This document shows, one piece after another, positions 1 through 9,658 of a DNA stretch of 64,000 nucleotides. The stretch is from a virus. The stretch is taken from positions 1 through 64,000 of the IMG/VR virus record IMGVR_UViG_3300025626_000006, one strand, 5' to 3'. A model generated the notes under the pieces. It was not told where the DNA came from and made no database searches. It was given only the letters and a program-made list of their open reading frames with translations. Each line of letters opens with the position of its first letter. The first letter of the stretch is position 1. The position numbers were made by a program, and so were the translations under genes.

Positions 1-1020
1 TCACCTTTTGTTCCTGTAGCACCTTTAGCACCTTGAGGACTTGAACCTTGAGCACCTTGGTCACCTTTAGTACCAGTAGCACCTTTAGCACCTTGAGGAC
101 TTGAACCTTGAGCACCTTGGTCACCTTTAGTACCAGTAGCACCTTTAGCACCTTGAGGACTTGAACCTTGAGCACCTTGGTCACCTTTAGTACCTGTTGA
201 ACCTTGAGCACCTTGAGGACTTGAACCTTGAGCACCTTGGTCACCTTTAGCACCTGTAGCACCTTTTGAACCTTGAGGACTTGAACCTTGAGCACCTTGG
301 TCACCTTTTGTTCCTGTAGCACCTTTAGCACCTTGAGGACTTGCCCCTTGAGCACCTGTTGAACCTTGAGCACCTGTATCACCTTTAGCACCTTGAGGAC
401 TTGCCCCTTGTGCTCCTTGGTCACCTTTAGCTCCAGCAGCTCCAGTAGCTCCTTGAGGACTTGAACCTTGAGCACCTTGAGGACCTGTTGCCCCAGTAGC
501 TCCCTTAGCACCTTGAGGTGAAGAACCTTGAGCACCTTGAGGACCTGTTGCCCCAGTAGCTCCCTTAGCACCTTGAGGTGAAGAACCTTGAGCACCTTGT
601 GGGCCTGTAGCCCCAGTAGCACCTTTAGGGCCGGTTGGACTTGCCCCTTGTGCACCTTGTGGGCCTGTAGCCCCAGTAGCACCTTTAGGGCCGGTTGGAC
701 TTGCCCCTTGAGCACCTTGTGGGCCTGTAGCCCCAGTAGCACCTTTAGGGCCGGTTGGACTTGCCCCTTGAGCACCTTGGTCACCTTTAGCACCTGTAGC
801 ACCTTTAGGGCCGGTTGGACTTGAACCTTGAGCACCTTGGTCACCTTTAGCACCTGTAGCACCTTTAGGGCCGGTTGGACTTGCTCCTTGAGCACCTTGG
901 TCACCTTTAGCACCTGTAGCACCTTTAGCACCTTGAGGACTTGCCCCTTGAGCACCTTGGTCACCTTTAGCACCTGTAGCACCTTTTGAACCTTGAGGTG
1001 AAGAACCTTGAGCACCTTGT
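1..1020. repeat. 60-bp tandem repeat (about 17 imperfect copies) encoding a 20-aa interrupted collagen unit
   Basis: Consecutive 60-nt lines are near-identical. The minus-strand unit is [20 protein letters not shown]. Confidence 0.95.
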
Positions 1021-1676
1021 GGGCCTTGAGCTCCAGTAGCACCTTGAGCACCTGTTGGACTTGAACCAGCTGAACCTTGAGCACCTTGTGGGCCTTGATT
1101 ACTTGCTCCTTGAGCACCTGTTGAACCAGCACCACCGCCTGCTCCTTGAGCACCTTGTGGGCCTGCTCCACCTTGTTGACCTGTCGGCCCTTGAGAGCCT
1201 AATTGGCCTTTTTGACCTTTTTGACCTTTAGCACCTTGTGGGCCTGTGTTATGTACTAATAAATTTCCTACGAAATAATTGTGGTCTGGTTCTACTGTAA
1301 TACTTACAACTTCAATGTCTTCTTCTACTAACTCTATTGATGTTATAGATAAATCATTGTAAAATAGGTTATTACCACATTTACAATCAGAACATCCACA
1401 TGATTCGTTATTAATTGGTGAAACCCATTCACCATTTTTGTATATTTTTATATCAACGGAAGTTTTTAAGGTACTTCCATCTGATAATTTAAATTTGAGA
1501 TATTGGTGTAACGTACCAGTAGCTATTTGGGTAACTCTGTTATCTCTATTAACACCATTAGCTAAGTCACGACCTTGTACTAAGTCTCCAATTTGGATAG
1601 TTTCTAACTTTACGGAACTTCCATTGATATTAACTAAGGTATCTTTATGTAAACTGTGTATTAAATTGTAATTCAT
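1..1676 (-). CDS. Hint (intein-like) domain fused to a long collagen-like repeat; 3' end runs off the window; not in the ORF track
   Basis: ATG at 1676 with GAGGT SD and open frame to position 1. Translation [62 protein letters not shown].. then Gly-X-Y repeats. Confidence 0.92.
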   Translation of the reverse strand, partial: MNYNLIHSLHKDTLVNINGSSVKLETIQIGDLVQGRDLANGVNRDNRVTQIATGTLHQYLKFKLSDGSTLKTSVDIKIYKNGEWVSPINNESCGCSDCKCGNNLFYNDLSITSIELVEEDIEVVSITVEPDHNYFVGNLLVHNTGPQGAKGQKGQKGQLGSQGPTGQQGGAGPQGAQGAGGGAGSTGAQGASNQGPQGAQGSAGSSPTGAQGATGAQGPQGAQGSSPQGSKGATGAKGDQGAQGASPQGAKGATGAKGDQGAQGASPTGPKGATGAKGDQGAQGSSPTGPKGATGAKGDQGAQGASPTGPKGATGATGPQGAQGASPTGPKGATGATGPQGAQGASPTGPKGATGATGPQGAQGSSPQGAKGATGATGPQGAQGSSPQGAKGATGATGPQGAQGSSPQGATGAAGAKGDQGAQGASPQGAKGDTGAQGSTGAQGASPQGAKGATGTKGDQGAQGSSPQGSKGATGAKGDQGAQGSSPQGAQGSTGTKGDQGAQGSSPQGAKGATGTKGDQGAQGSSPQGAKGATGTKGDQGAQGSSPQGAKGATGTKG

Positions 1677-1688
1677 GTTTTACCTCAA

Positions 1689-2246
1689 TTATGTTGTTAT
1701 CATATAAGTAATTGTTAGACCAAAACCTCTTGACCTAAGAGCGGCTTCTCTATCTATAAAAATGTTTATGTAATCTCCAGCTGCAAAAGAATGATTCGTA
1801 CCGAAGTTGAAATCTGTTACAGTTCCGGCAGTTGCACTTACTGTTGCAGATACGTCTGATGATAATTGTGACCCATTTTTTCGTATTCCCAACGTAACTG
1901 ACCCTGCAGTTGCTCCTTGGTGTGGATGTAAACGTATATCTTTTACATATCCAGCAAATGGTACTACAAATCTCCAATAACCTGTGGTTACTTTCCTATC
2001 AATGATGTTAACATTAGAAAATGGAACAAATCCTTCTATTTCATCATTTTTTAGTACTTCAGCATTTGTATTTTGAATAAATGGTACTTTTCCTCGAATT
2101 GTATTACTTCCAGCGGAAATACTACCCACATTCGAAAGATTGTTATCATCAAAGTCTACTCCACCAGTAAACAATGCAGCAGACGCTGTAATTTGATTTA
2201 AACTAGCATTAGAGCCGCTAGTGACTATTTTTTTCCAATTTGGCAT
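1689..2246 (-). CDS. virion fibre/appendage protein with WKKxxxSGS N-terminus and small beta-sandwich C-terminal domain
   Basis: N-terminus is paralogous to 2781..4280 (MPNWKKIVTSGSNASL vs MATWKKVIVSGSVASL). AAGGA SD. Confidence 0.6.
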   Translation of the reverse strand: MPNWKKIVTSGSNASLNQITASAALFTGGVDFDDNNLSNVGSISAGSNTIRGKVPFIQNTNAEVLKNDEIEGFVPFSNVNIIDRKVTTGYWRFVVPFAGYVKDIRLHPHQGATAGSVTLGIRKNGSQLSSDVSATVSATAGTVTDFNFGTNHSFAAGDYINIFIDREAALRSRGFGLTITYMITT

Positions 2247-2362
2247 ATCCTTAATCCTTTTTGCGGTTGGTAACTCTTCTTGAGCCCACTTCCCTTAACG
2301 GGCCAACAACCAGATTTAACTTTGTTTGTATATAAGTATTGGAATAAATAAAGAAAATGTAA

Positions 2363-2551
2363 CTATTCTTTTAGAATTATATCACCTTTAGATGGTTTAT
2401 CTTTTGGATTAAGTGCGAAATCCATTTCCATCTCTATCTTTTTTTGTAATTTTACCATTAATGGAGCCTCTTGTCCTGTAATTGGTAACTTTTGAAGTGC
2501 TATTTGGATTATTTTAAAATCTGCAGCAGTTAATCCTTCGTATTGTTCCAT
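2363..2551 (-). CDS. small hypothetical protein, possible fibre assembly chaperone
   Basis: 62-aa ORF packed between fibre genes, weakly similar to its neighbour 2554..2763. Confidence 0.5.
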   Translation of the reverse strand: MEQYEGLTAADFKIIQIALQKLPITGQEAPLMVKLQKKIEMEMDFALNPKDKPSKGDIILKE

Positions 2552-2553
2552 AA

Positions 2554-2763
2554 CTAATTACTTTTGTTTAATTTATTATTATCTTCTTGTTGTTTTGATA
2601 ATTGCGAATGTAACTTATGTGCTAATTTATACATTACTTCTAAATCTTTGCCTGAAAATGTTCCGTTTGATATTAAAAACAATAATACCTCAAGCTCTTG
2701 ATTAGAGAACTTGAGGTTATTGCTACTATTGGGTTTAATTCCAGCTTTTTTATGTAAACTCAT
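2554..2763 (-). CDS. small hypothetical protein, possible fibre assembly chaperone
   Basis: 69-aa ORF with a helix-G-helix pattern similar to 2363..2551. Confidence 0.5.
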   Translation of the reverse strand: MSLHKKAGIKPNSSNNLKFSNQELEVLLFLISNGTFSGKDLEVMYKLAHKLHSQLSKQQEDNNKLNKSN

Positions 2764-2780
2764 AACTTTTTAATTAATTT

Positions 2781-4280
2781 TTAAACGTAAATATATATTT
2801 CGTTTGATTCTATTCTGATGTTACCAGGATGGTCAGCTAAAGCAGTTGCAGCGTTTGCAGCACTTCCTTCAAATACACCACTTAAGTAGTATCCACTTGT
2901 TCCAGCAGCGAAATCAGCAGTTGAATTAGCAGCTGTATCTGTTACTTTCACAGCAAGACGACCATCATTACTATTATATGTGTTATCTAATATAAGAGCG
3001 TGACCTGCTTGAGCAGTTCCATTAGAACCACCAAAGATAATACCACTATCACCTGACGTTGAACCTGAATTCAATAAAATGAATGCATCTTCTACGTTTA
3101 AGTTAGCAGTTTGTACTTCAGTTTTTGTTCCTTGAACAGTTAAATCACCACTTAACACTAAACTAGCACCATTAGCAACTCCAGTAAATGTAGGAGCAGT
3201 AAACATTGTTGCTTTACTCTCGTTTGTTACATTTCCTAAAGATACGTCTGAAGCAGCAAGTCCTAAGAATGTTTTAACATTAGCAGCTGAACCTGAGACA
3301 ACATTAGCATCATCCATCACAGTAACTACTGCTGCGTCAGTATAACCAACTTTATTTGTGTTAGTAGTAATTGCTGAAGCCTGCCCACCACTTATAGTTG
3401 TAGTATCACCCGCAAGTGCAGTAGTACTACTCGTACCTAATTGTAAAGTTGTTACTGAACCACCTAATGAGATAGCTGAACCATCTATTGATATAGAAGA
3501 GTTTGCTAATTTTCCATTTGCAATTGAACCAGCCAACATACCATTTGTAATACCACTAGCTTTTACTTTTAATTGACCAGAACCAGATATTTCAATAGAT
3601 GAATCATCTACATTCGCGTCTAAGTTCTCACCATTTGCTACAATACCATTTCCAGCTACATCTGAAGCGTCAAAATCAAATGTTATTGTTGAATCACTTG
3701 CATTGTTCAATGTAAATGAACCACCAGTTTTTAAACCATCACCAGCAGCTAATGTTATTGTTGAATTTTCAACACCAGCTAAAGAAGATACTTGAGCAGA
3801 TGATGAAATGATACCAGCACCCAATGCAGCGATACCTGCGGCATCTGTTACATCAGCACTTGCTTCAATATTATCTAATTTAGTTTTTAAAGTATTTGTA
3901 AAATTGTTTTGTGTTAAACCACCATCACCTACACCAATTTGTGCTGAAGATGAAATGATACCATTTAAGATATCTGCTGAACCATTGAATGCTACTCCAC
4001 CAATTGTTCTTGAAGTTTCAAGTAGTGTTGCTGTTGCAGCATTACCACTTGTGTCTTGATTACCAGATGCATTTACGCCTGGTAAATTGATAGCGGAACT
4101 ACCATCAAATGATACTCCACCAATGTTTACTGCACTTGCCAAGGCTGTCGCTGTACTTGCATTACCAGTTACATTACCAGTTACTCCACCAATTAAGTTT
4201 CCTTTAAAACCTACTGATGCTGATACTTCTGCTAAACTTGCTACCGACCCCGAGACAATGACTTTTTTCCATGTTGCCAT
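2781..4280 (-). CDS. tail fibre / virion structural protein
   Basis: G/S/A/T-rich, with IGGVxFxGSxxI repeats and LTVQGTKTEVQTANLNVED typical of phage fibres. AAGGGA SD. Confidence 0.7.
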   Translation of the reverse strand: MATWKKVIVSGSVASLAEVSASVGFKGNLIGGVTGNVTGNASTATALASAVNIGGVSFDGSSAINLPGVNASGNQDTSGNAATATLLETSRTIGGVAFNGSADILNGIISSSAQIGVGDGGLTQNNFTNTLKTKLDNIEASADVTDAAGIAALGAGIISSSAQVSSLAGVENSTITLAAGDGLKTGGSFTLNNASDSTITFDFDASDVAGNGIVANGENLDANVDDSSIEISGSGQLKVKASGITNGMLAGSIANGKLANSSISIDGSAISLGGSVTTLQLGTSSTTALAGDTTTISGGQASAITTNTNKVGYTDAAVVTVMDDANVVSGSAANVKTFLGLAASDVSLGNVTNESKATMFTAPTFTGVANGASLVLSGDLTVQGTKTEVQTANLNVEDAFILLNSGSTSGDSGIIFGGSNGTAQAGHALILDNTYNSNDGRLAVKVTDTAANSTADFAAGTSGYYLSGVFEGSAANAATALADHPGNIRIESNEIYIYV

Positions 4281-4407
4281 TTTGTTTTCCCTTTTTGTTT
4301 GTTATTTAAACGTTTACATTAAAAATTGATACCAGAATCACTTTCCGTATCAGTTGTAACTACTTGTAATATCTTTATATAAGTATGTATTTAATTTTAA
4401 TTACCTA

Positions 4408-5067
4408 TTAATCTGTTCCTAAATAATAGCAAGATGCTGAATATATTATTCCACCTTCTATTGGAGTAGGTGTACTATCAAATTTCTTAATACTAAATAC
4501 CCCATTTACGTTTAATGACCCAGTAATTTCTAAATTATTTGTTGTACTTTTTACCGACCCAGTTGTAGCGAATATACCACTTCCACCACCACCACTTAGT
4601 GCTGATAAGTCTACTACGTTACCATTTGATAATGTTAGATTACTATTACCTGAATTGAATGATAAAGTTTGTAAGAAAGAAGCCGTTTGACTATTTGATA
4701 TAGCAGACCCAGTAAATGTATTCAATGCAGTTAAGCTTGTTTGAGCTGAACCTGTAAATGTATTTAGAGGTGTGGCATTAAATGAACCACCACCACCACT
4801 AATACCTAAATTAGTTGTGTGAAATGATGAAGAGTCATCCGTACCATCATACCCTACCGTTTCGAAAGCAACAAACTTGCGAGTTAAATAGAGTTGGTCT
4901 GAGTTTTCAACATATATGATTTGACCATCAATTAATCTTGAGTTATCAAGACTTGTCATGTTAGAAGAAGAGGCTACAGTAATCCACCCACCTTGTACAT
5001 ATTGTACGGATGTAAATGCCCCTGAAGTGCCACTTCTTACATAAATATCGCCTGCCGTAGTTGCCAT
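4408..5067 (-). CDS. short fibre-like structural protein
   Basis: Shares LNTFTGSAQTS..SQTAS and GNVVDLS..GGGG..TGS segments with 5085..9593. Confidence 0.6.
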   Translation of the reverse strand: MATTAGDIYVRSGTSGAFTSVQYVQGGWITVASSSNMTSLDNSRLIDGQIIYVENSDQLYLTRKFVAFETVGYDGTDDSSSFHTTNLGISGGGGSFNATPLNTFTGSAQTSLTALNTFTGSAISNSQTASFLQTLSFNSGNSNLTLSNGNVVDLSALSGGGGSGIFATTGSVKSTTNNLEITGSLNVNGVFSIKKFDSTPTPIEGGIIYSASCYYLGTD

Positions 5068-5084
5068 TTATTTTTCCCTTTTGT

Positions 5085-8000
5085 TTATGGTGCCGATGCT
5101 GAATCAGGCATTATATAATATCTTGAATTATTTGTATTTTCACCCTCTGCAAATATCATACCCCATCTATTGTATCCTTGATGTGCGTTTTCTAAATCAA
5201 AGTAGTAAACACCAGTTCCAATTGTACCAGGTATTGATGCGTCTTTTGCATATACATAGTATTCTTTTGGAGTACCTGTTGAATCAGGTGGAACACCATC
5301 ATACATACTTACAGGTTTACCAAGTTGATTAGACGCTGAAGCGAATAAAATTATTAATCTCTGAGACCCACCACTTGAAAAATTAAAATGACCAAATGTT
5401 GATGTTCCGGTACCAGCTGAATCTGATAATGTGTTTAGTGACCCTGACTTATGTAATGTCATTGTACCACCAACATATGTTGGATTAAATGTTGTACCAA
5501 GTGAACCACTTTGTAAATGTGAAATCACAGAACCACTTGTTATACCAATACCGTCAGCTCCACTATCACCCATAGCAGCGATTGCTGCAGCTTGACTAGC
5601 AGCAGAACCACCATTCCAACCATAACCATACACAAGTGCTTTTTGGTCAATAATAGTTATACTTTTATTATAGCTTGTTGATTTACCAAAGTTATCATGT
5701 ACTGATGCACTATAATTGTAAGTAACACCACTACTGATTATTCCTGTGTTTTGTAGTTGATATGATGATGAGTTTGCATTTTGTGGTACAAGTTTTAAAT
5801 TACCTGCGTGTGTTCCACCTAATGAAGCCGAGAATGGTGTGTCCGATTCTGTATCTGTTATAGTAATTGTTGTAAGGTTTGTTGATGCCGCAACTGATGC
5901 GGTCATGTTTGCACCCACTTCACTAAATGTTGCAGTTGGTGCTTGGTTTGCGAATACATTAAGTGTTAAAGTACCTGTTCCAACATTATCATATTGGTCT
6001 CTGTATGTTATTGTTGATGTAATTACATCACCACTACCAGTAGATGAGCCATTAAGTGCTACACCCATAGTCAAATTACCACTATTGTCAATACTGACTG
6101 ATGCGTTTGATGAAGTAAATGATTGAACAGCCGCTGAGTTATATGTTGGAGAATAACTAACCGTTACTTGTGAAGGGTTACCTGCACCAAATCCACTTGC
6201 ATCTCTAATTGCTTCGTTATTTAATCCCGATTCAATTATGTATGACGTAGTGTCTCCACCTAATGTTCCGTTTCCGGCTTGAGCTATTGTATTTGTATGC
6301 TTACCTACCCCAGTACTAAAACCATGACTATCTTTTATAGATGCTGTATATTGGTAGGTTGATGCACTTAAGTTATTTATTGCTTGTACAAAATAAGTAT
6401 TACCATCTTTAACAGTATTCAATTGACCACTTGGGTCTGTGAATACAAATGAAGGATGATTTAAATTATTACTTTCAGCATCAGTAAATGATATTACACT
6501 AAGTGTACTACCAGACCTAGCACCATTTGTATTTAAGTTTTCAGATTGATTATTAAATGAAACAGATGGTGGGTTGTTTTTAACAACATTAATATCTACA
6601 TCGATAAATTGTTTTGTTGTTTCAAACCCATGTTCTGATGCGGTTACAGCTACACTAATAGTACTACCACTTGCGTATGCAGAGCCACTTAAATTTCCTA
6701 TTTGTAAAGTAGTACTTGAACCTGTAGCAGTTGATAATGAAACTAAATTACCAGTTACAGTACCTAATGACCATCTTTGACTTACAGCAGATGTCCAAGT
6801 TGCAGTATTACCTGTTAGACCATCTGCGTTTACTTTAATATTGTCACCACTCGTAGCCGATTCTATAATATATAAGTTAGTCCAATTATCTGATACAGCA
6901 CTTGTTGCATCTGCTGTAATTGGAATTGTGATTTCACCTGTATCTTCTGTTGTGTTAAAAGCATCTTTAACAGTAACTTGATAAACGTATCTATCAGCTA
7001 TATCAGAGTTTAAGTATATTCCATTTTTTCTTGTTACTACGCCAGCAGAACTACATTGGAATGGATTACTATGTGGGTTGTATAATGATACACCACCTAA
7101 AGATGACGTGATATTTGTGTTAACACCATTTTTGAATGCTTTAAGTAATGTAAAGTTTGAAAATACAATCGTATCACCTTCAGAGTCATTAGCGGTAATT
7201 GTACCTAAAGATGCACCATCTGCTGAATTTTCATTAATTGAACTTAATGTTTGGTTGTTTACAGTTGGTATTACATTATCAACTACGGACACTCTGAATG
7301 GTAGGTAAGCAACTCCTTCACTATCATCACCACTCACATGATGTTCATCACTAGCAGTTAATACGATTTCATATTTAGGAGTTACTTCAAAATCCAATGA
7401 AGCCGTTGTTTGGTTTAATTGTACATATGTTCCGTATTTTGTAAATGTAAATCCATTCATGTTTACAGAACCACTTTTAATTGTTATTTCATCACTCTCG
7501 TCATCAGTAAAATAAACTCTTACTTTATTATTTCCAGCAGTTGAGTTTTCATTTAGAGAATGAGTAAAGTTAGTGATAATACTTCCACCAACTGAGGTTT
7601 GTCTCCACTTAGGAGCTGTATTGGGTGTTACCCTAATGTATATTGTTTTAGAACCAACTCCACCAAATGTGTCTACTGCCTCAACTTGAATTGGATGAGA
7701 CCCACTGCCTGGTGTAGAATCGGTATTCAATGATGCCGTTGATTTTGTATTTAAAGTAACTGCTCCTGCGGTTGATATTTTAAATTTGTCAGCTGAGTAA
7801 GAACTTGCAGTTCTAAATGTAAAAGATTGACCTTCAGCATCCGTTCCAGTAATAGTTCCTATTGTTGAACCACTTACAACAAATTCACCAATTGTAAATC
7901 CATTAGTATTAATTGTAGGTACTGTATTAGGGAAAAACACTTTAGAGACAAAATCGGATAATGATGTTGTTGTTCCAAAGTTAGTATTATATATACCACT

Positions 8001-9593
8001 TGGTAAATCAGTATTCGATACAACTCGGTTACCATCAAATCCTATAAAGGAAGATGTAGCGACTGACATTGAAGCCGTTTGACTATTTGATATAGCAGAC
8101 CCAGTGAATGTATTTAAAGCCGTTAAACTTGTTTGAGCTGACCCAGTAAATGTATTTAAAGGTACAATGTTAGTAGAACCACCACCAAACCCTAAAGCGG
8201 TTATTTGATTTGATGAGGATACGACACCTGATGGTAAATTAGCTTTTACATTAATAGCATCTGTAACATCAGCACTTGCTTCAATTAAATCTAATTTATT
8301 ATGGTCTGCTGTTGTAAAATCATTAGTGGTTAATCCACCATCACCTACAACTGGTTTATTTGCAATATTGTTAAAGTTTACTTGAGCTGATGAACTAATT
8401 GTTCCACCAGGTAAAGTAGATGACCCAAATCCAGCTTGTGATATTGAACGTGATACTTCAGTATCAAAATCTGTTATACTCGAAGTTGTAATTGAACCTA
8501 CTGATGTTAGGTATGAACTTGAAGCTGCATTTAGAGCATTTATACTTGTTTGAGCTGAACCTGTAAAGTTATTTAAAGGTGTAGCGTTGAATGACCCACC
8601 ACCACCAAAACCTAAAGCGGTTATTTGTGCTGATGAAGATACTGTACCACTTGGGACTGATGTTAGGTATGAACTTGAAGCTACGTTTAAGGCAGTTATA
8701 CTTGTTTGAGCTGAACCTGTAAAAGTATTTAGTGCACTAATGTCCGTAGAACCACCACCTTGTCCAAATCCACTACTTGCGGCTGATGCCGAAATGTATG
8801 AATCAGTTACTACTGATGTTATCTGAGATGAACCTGAAATCGTTCCACTTGGAACTGATGTTAGATATGAACTTGAAGCTGCATTTAGAGCATTTATACT
8901 CGTTTGAGCTGAACCTGTAAAAGTATTTAGTGATGATATGTCTGTATGTGATGAACTTACAAGACCACTTGGTACATTATCTAAATTAGACCAATCAATT
9001 GACCCAGTAATTCCACCATTAACTTCAAAAGACCCAGTTACTTGTAAATCTGCACTTACTTTATAGTAACCAGACCCAGTCGTCCATATAGATGAACCAC
9101 CGGCTCCACCACCACCACCTAATGATGATAAATCAACAACATTTCCTTCTGATATACTTAATTCTTTAGATACTTGGTTGAATGTAAGTGTCTGATTGTC
9201 ACCACTAGCCTCTACTTGAGTTAAACGAGTGGATATTGAACCACTATCTGTTTCTAAAGAAGAAACTCTAGCTTTTATTGAACCACTTTCAGTATTTAAT
9301 GCAACAATACTACTTGTTATAGCTTCTATACTATCTACTCTACTATCTAATATAGCTTTTTCACTTTCGACTGTTGTAAGTCGAGTGGATACTGACGCAG
9401 ATGTAGCTAAGTTTGTAACTTGTCTAAAGTTATTGTTAGCTACAATTGAATTTTTTTGAAATGCAGAAATAGTTACAGGTCTATTAGAAATAGAATTGTA
9501 ATTAATCTGGTTTGATGACGACACAACTCCGTTAGAAGCCGTTATATCGCCATAAAATGACCCACTAAAGGAACCTGAATAGTCAAATGACAT
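5085..9593 (-). CDS. large fibre protein with N-terminal coiled-coil/repeats and C-terminal cadherin/Ig-like domains
   Basis: LNTFTGSAQTS repeats. Cadherin-like motifs (ENS..G..LGTITAND.EGD.I.F, N.PP/N.AP domain linkers). GGAG SD. Confidence 0.7.
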   Translation of the reverse strand: MSFDYSGSFSGSFYGDITASNGVVSSSNQINYNSISNRPVTISAFQKNSIVANNNFRQVTNLATSASVSTRLTTVESEKAILDSRVDSIEAITSSIVALNTESGSIKARVSSLETDSGSISTRLTQVEASGDNQTLTFNQVSKELSISEGNVVDLSSLGGGGGAGGSSIWTTGSGYYKVSADLQVTGSFEVNGGITGSIDWSNLDNVPSGLVSSSHTDISSLNTFTGSAQTSINALNAASSSYLTSVPSGTISGSSQITSVVTDSYISASAASSGFGQGGGSTDISALNTFTGSAQTSITALNVASSSYLTSVPSGTVSSSAQITALGFGGGGSFNATPLNNFTGSAQTSINALNAASSSYLTSVGSITTSSITDFDTEVSRSISQAGFGSSTLPGGTISSSAQVNFNNIANKPVVGDGGLTTNDFTTADHNKLDLIEASADVTDAINVKANLPSGVVSSSNQITALGFGGGSTNIVPLNTFTGSAQTSLTALNTFTGSAISNSQTASMSVATSSFIGFDGNRVVSNTDLPSGIYNTNFGTTTSLSDFVSKVFFPNTVPTINTNGFTIGEFVVSGSTIGTITGTDAEGQSFTFRTASSYSADKFKISTAGAVTLNTKSTASLNTDSTPGSGSHPIQVEAVDTFGGVGSKTIYIRVTPNTAPKWRQTSVGGSIITNFTHSLNENSTAGNNKVRVYFTDDESDEITIKSGSVNMNGFTFTKYGTYVQLNQTTASLDFEVTPKYEIVLTASDEHHVSGDDSEGVAYLPFRVSVVDNVIPTVNNQTLSSINENSADGASLGTITANDSEGDTIVFSNFTLLKAFKNGVNTNITSSLGGVSLYNPHSNPFQCSSAGVVTRKNGIYLNSDIADRYVYQVTVKDAFNTTEDTGEITIPITADATSAVSDNWTNLYIIESATSGDNIKVNADGLTGNTATWTSAVSQRWSLGTVTGNLVSLSTATGSSTTLQIGNLSGSAYASGSTISVAVTASEHGFETTKQFIDVDINVVKNNPPSVSFNNQSENLNTNGARSGSTLSVISFTDAESNNLNHPSFVFTDPSGQLNTVKDGNTYFVQAINNLSASTYQYTASIKDSHGFSTGVGKHTNTIAQAGNGTLGGDTTSYIIESGLNNEAIRDASGFGAGNPSQVTVSYSPTYNSAAVQSFTSSNASVSIDNSGNLTMGVALNGSSTGSGDVITSTITYRDQYDNVGTGTLTLNVFANQAPTATFSEVGANMTASVAASTNLTTITITDTESDTPFSASLGGTHAGNLKLVPQNANSSSYQLQNTGIISSGVTYNYSASVHDNFGKSTSYNKSITIIDQKALVYGYGWNGGSAASQAAAIAAMGDSGADGIGITSGSVISHLQSGSLGTTFNPTYVGGTMTLHKSGSLNTLSDSAGTGTSTFGHFNFSSGGSQRLIILFASASNQLGKPVSMYDGVPPDSTGTPKEYYVYAKDASIPGTIGTGVYYFDLENAHQGYNRWGMIFAEGENTNNSRYYIMPDSASAP

Positions 9594-9658
9594 CTATAAT
9601 CTCCAAATATTTAACACTTTTATACATATAAATATGTTTCTTTTTTCCTAATAGTTAC

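Noticed and set aside
588-824. Plus-strand Cys/Trp-rich repeat ORF
   Set aside because: Antisense shadow of the collagen repeat; TTG start and no RBS.
1-1020. 60-bp periodicity as a CRISPR array
   Set aside because: No unique spacers; the whole unit repeats and encodes in-frame collagen.
1248-1655. Canonical mobile intein with homing endonuclease
   Set aside because: No LAGLIDADG/HNH domain, only a 7-aa N-extein, not in a conserved enzyme motif, and block B His is missing.
2263-2311. Cobalamin riboswitch (AAGGGAAG)
   Set aside because: Too short and lacks the T-loop and B12-box elements; kept only as an unknown structured leader.
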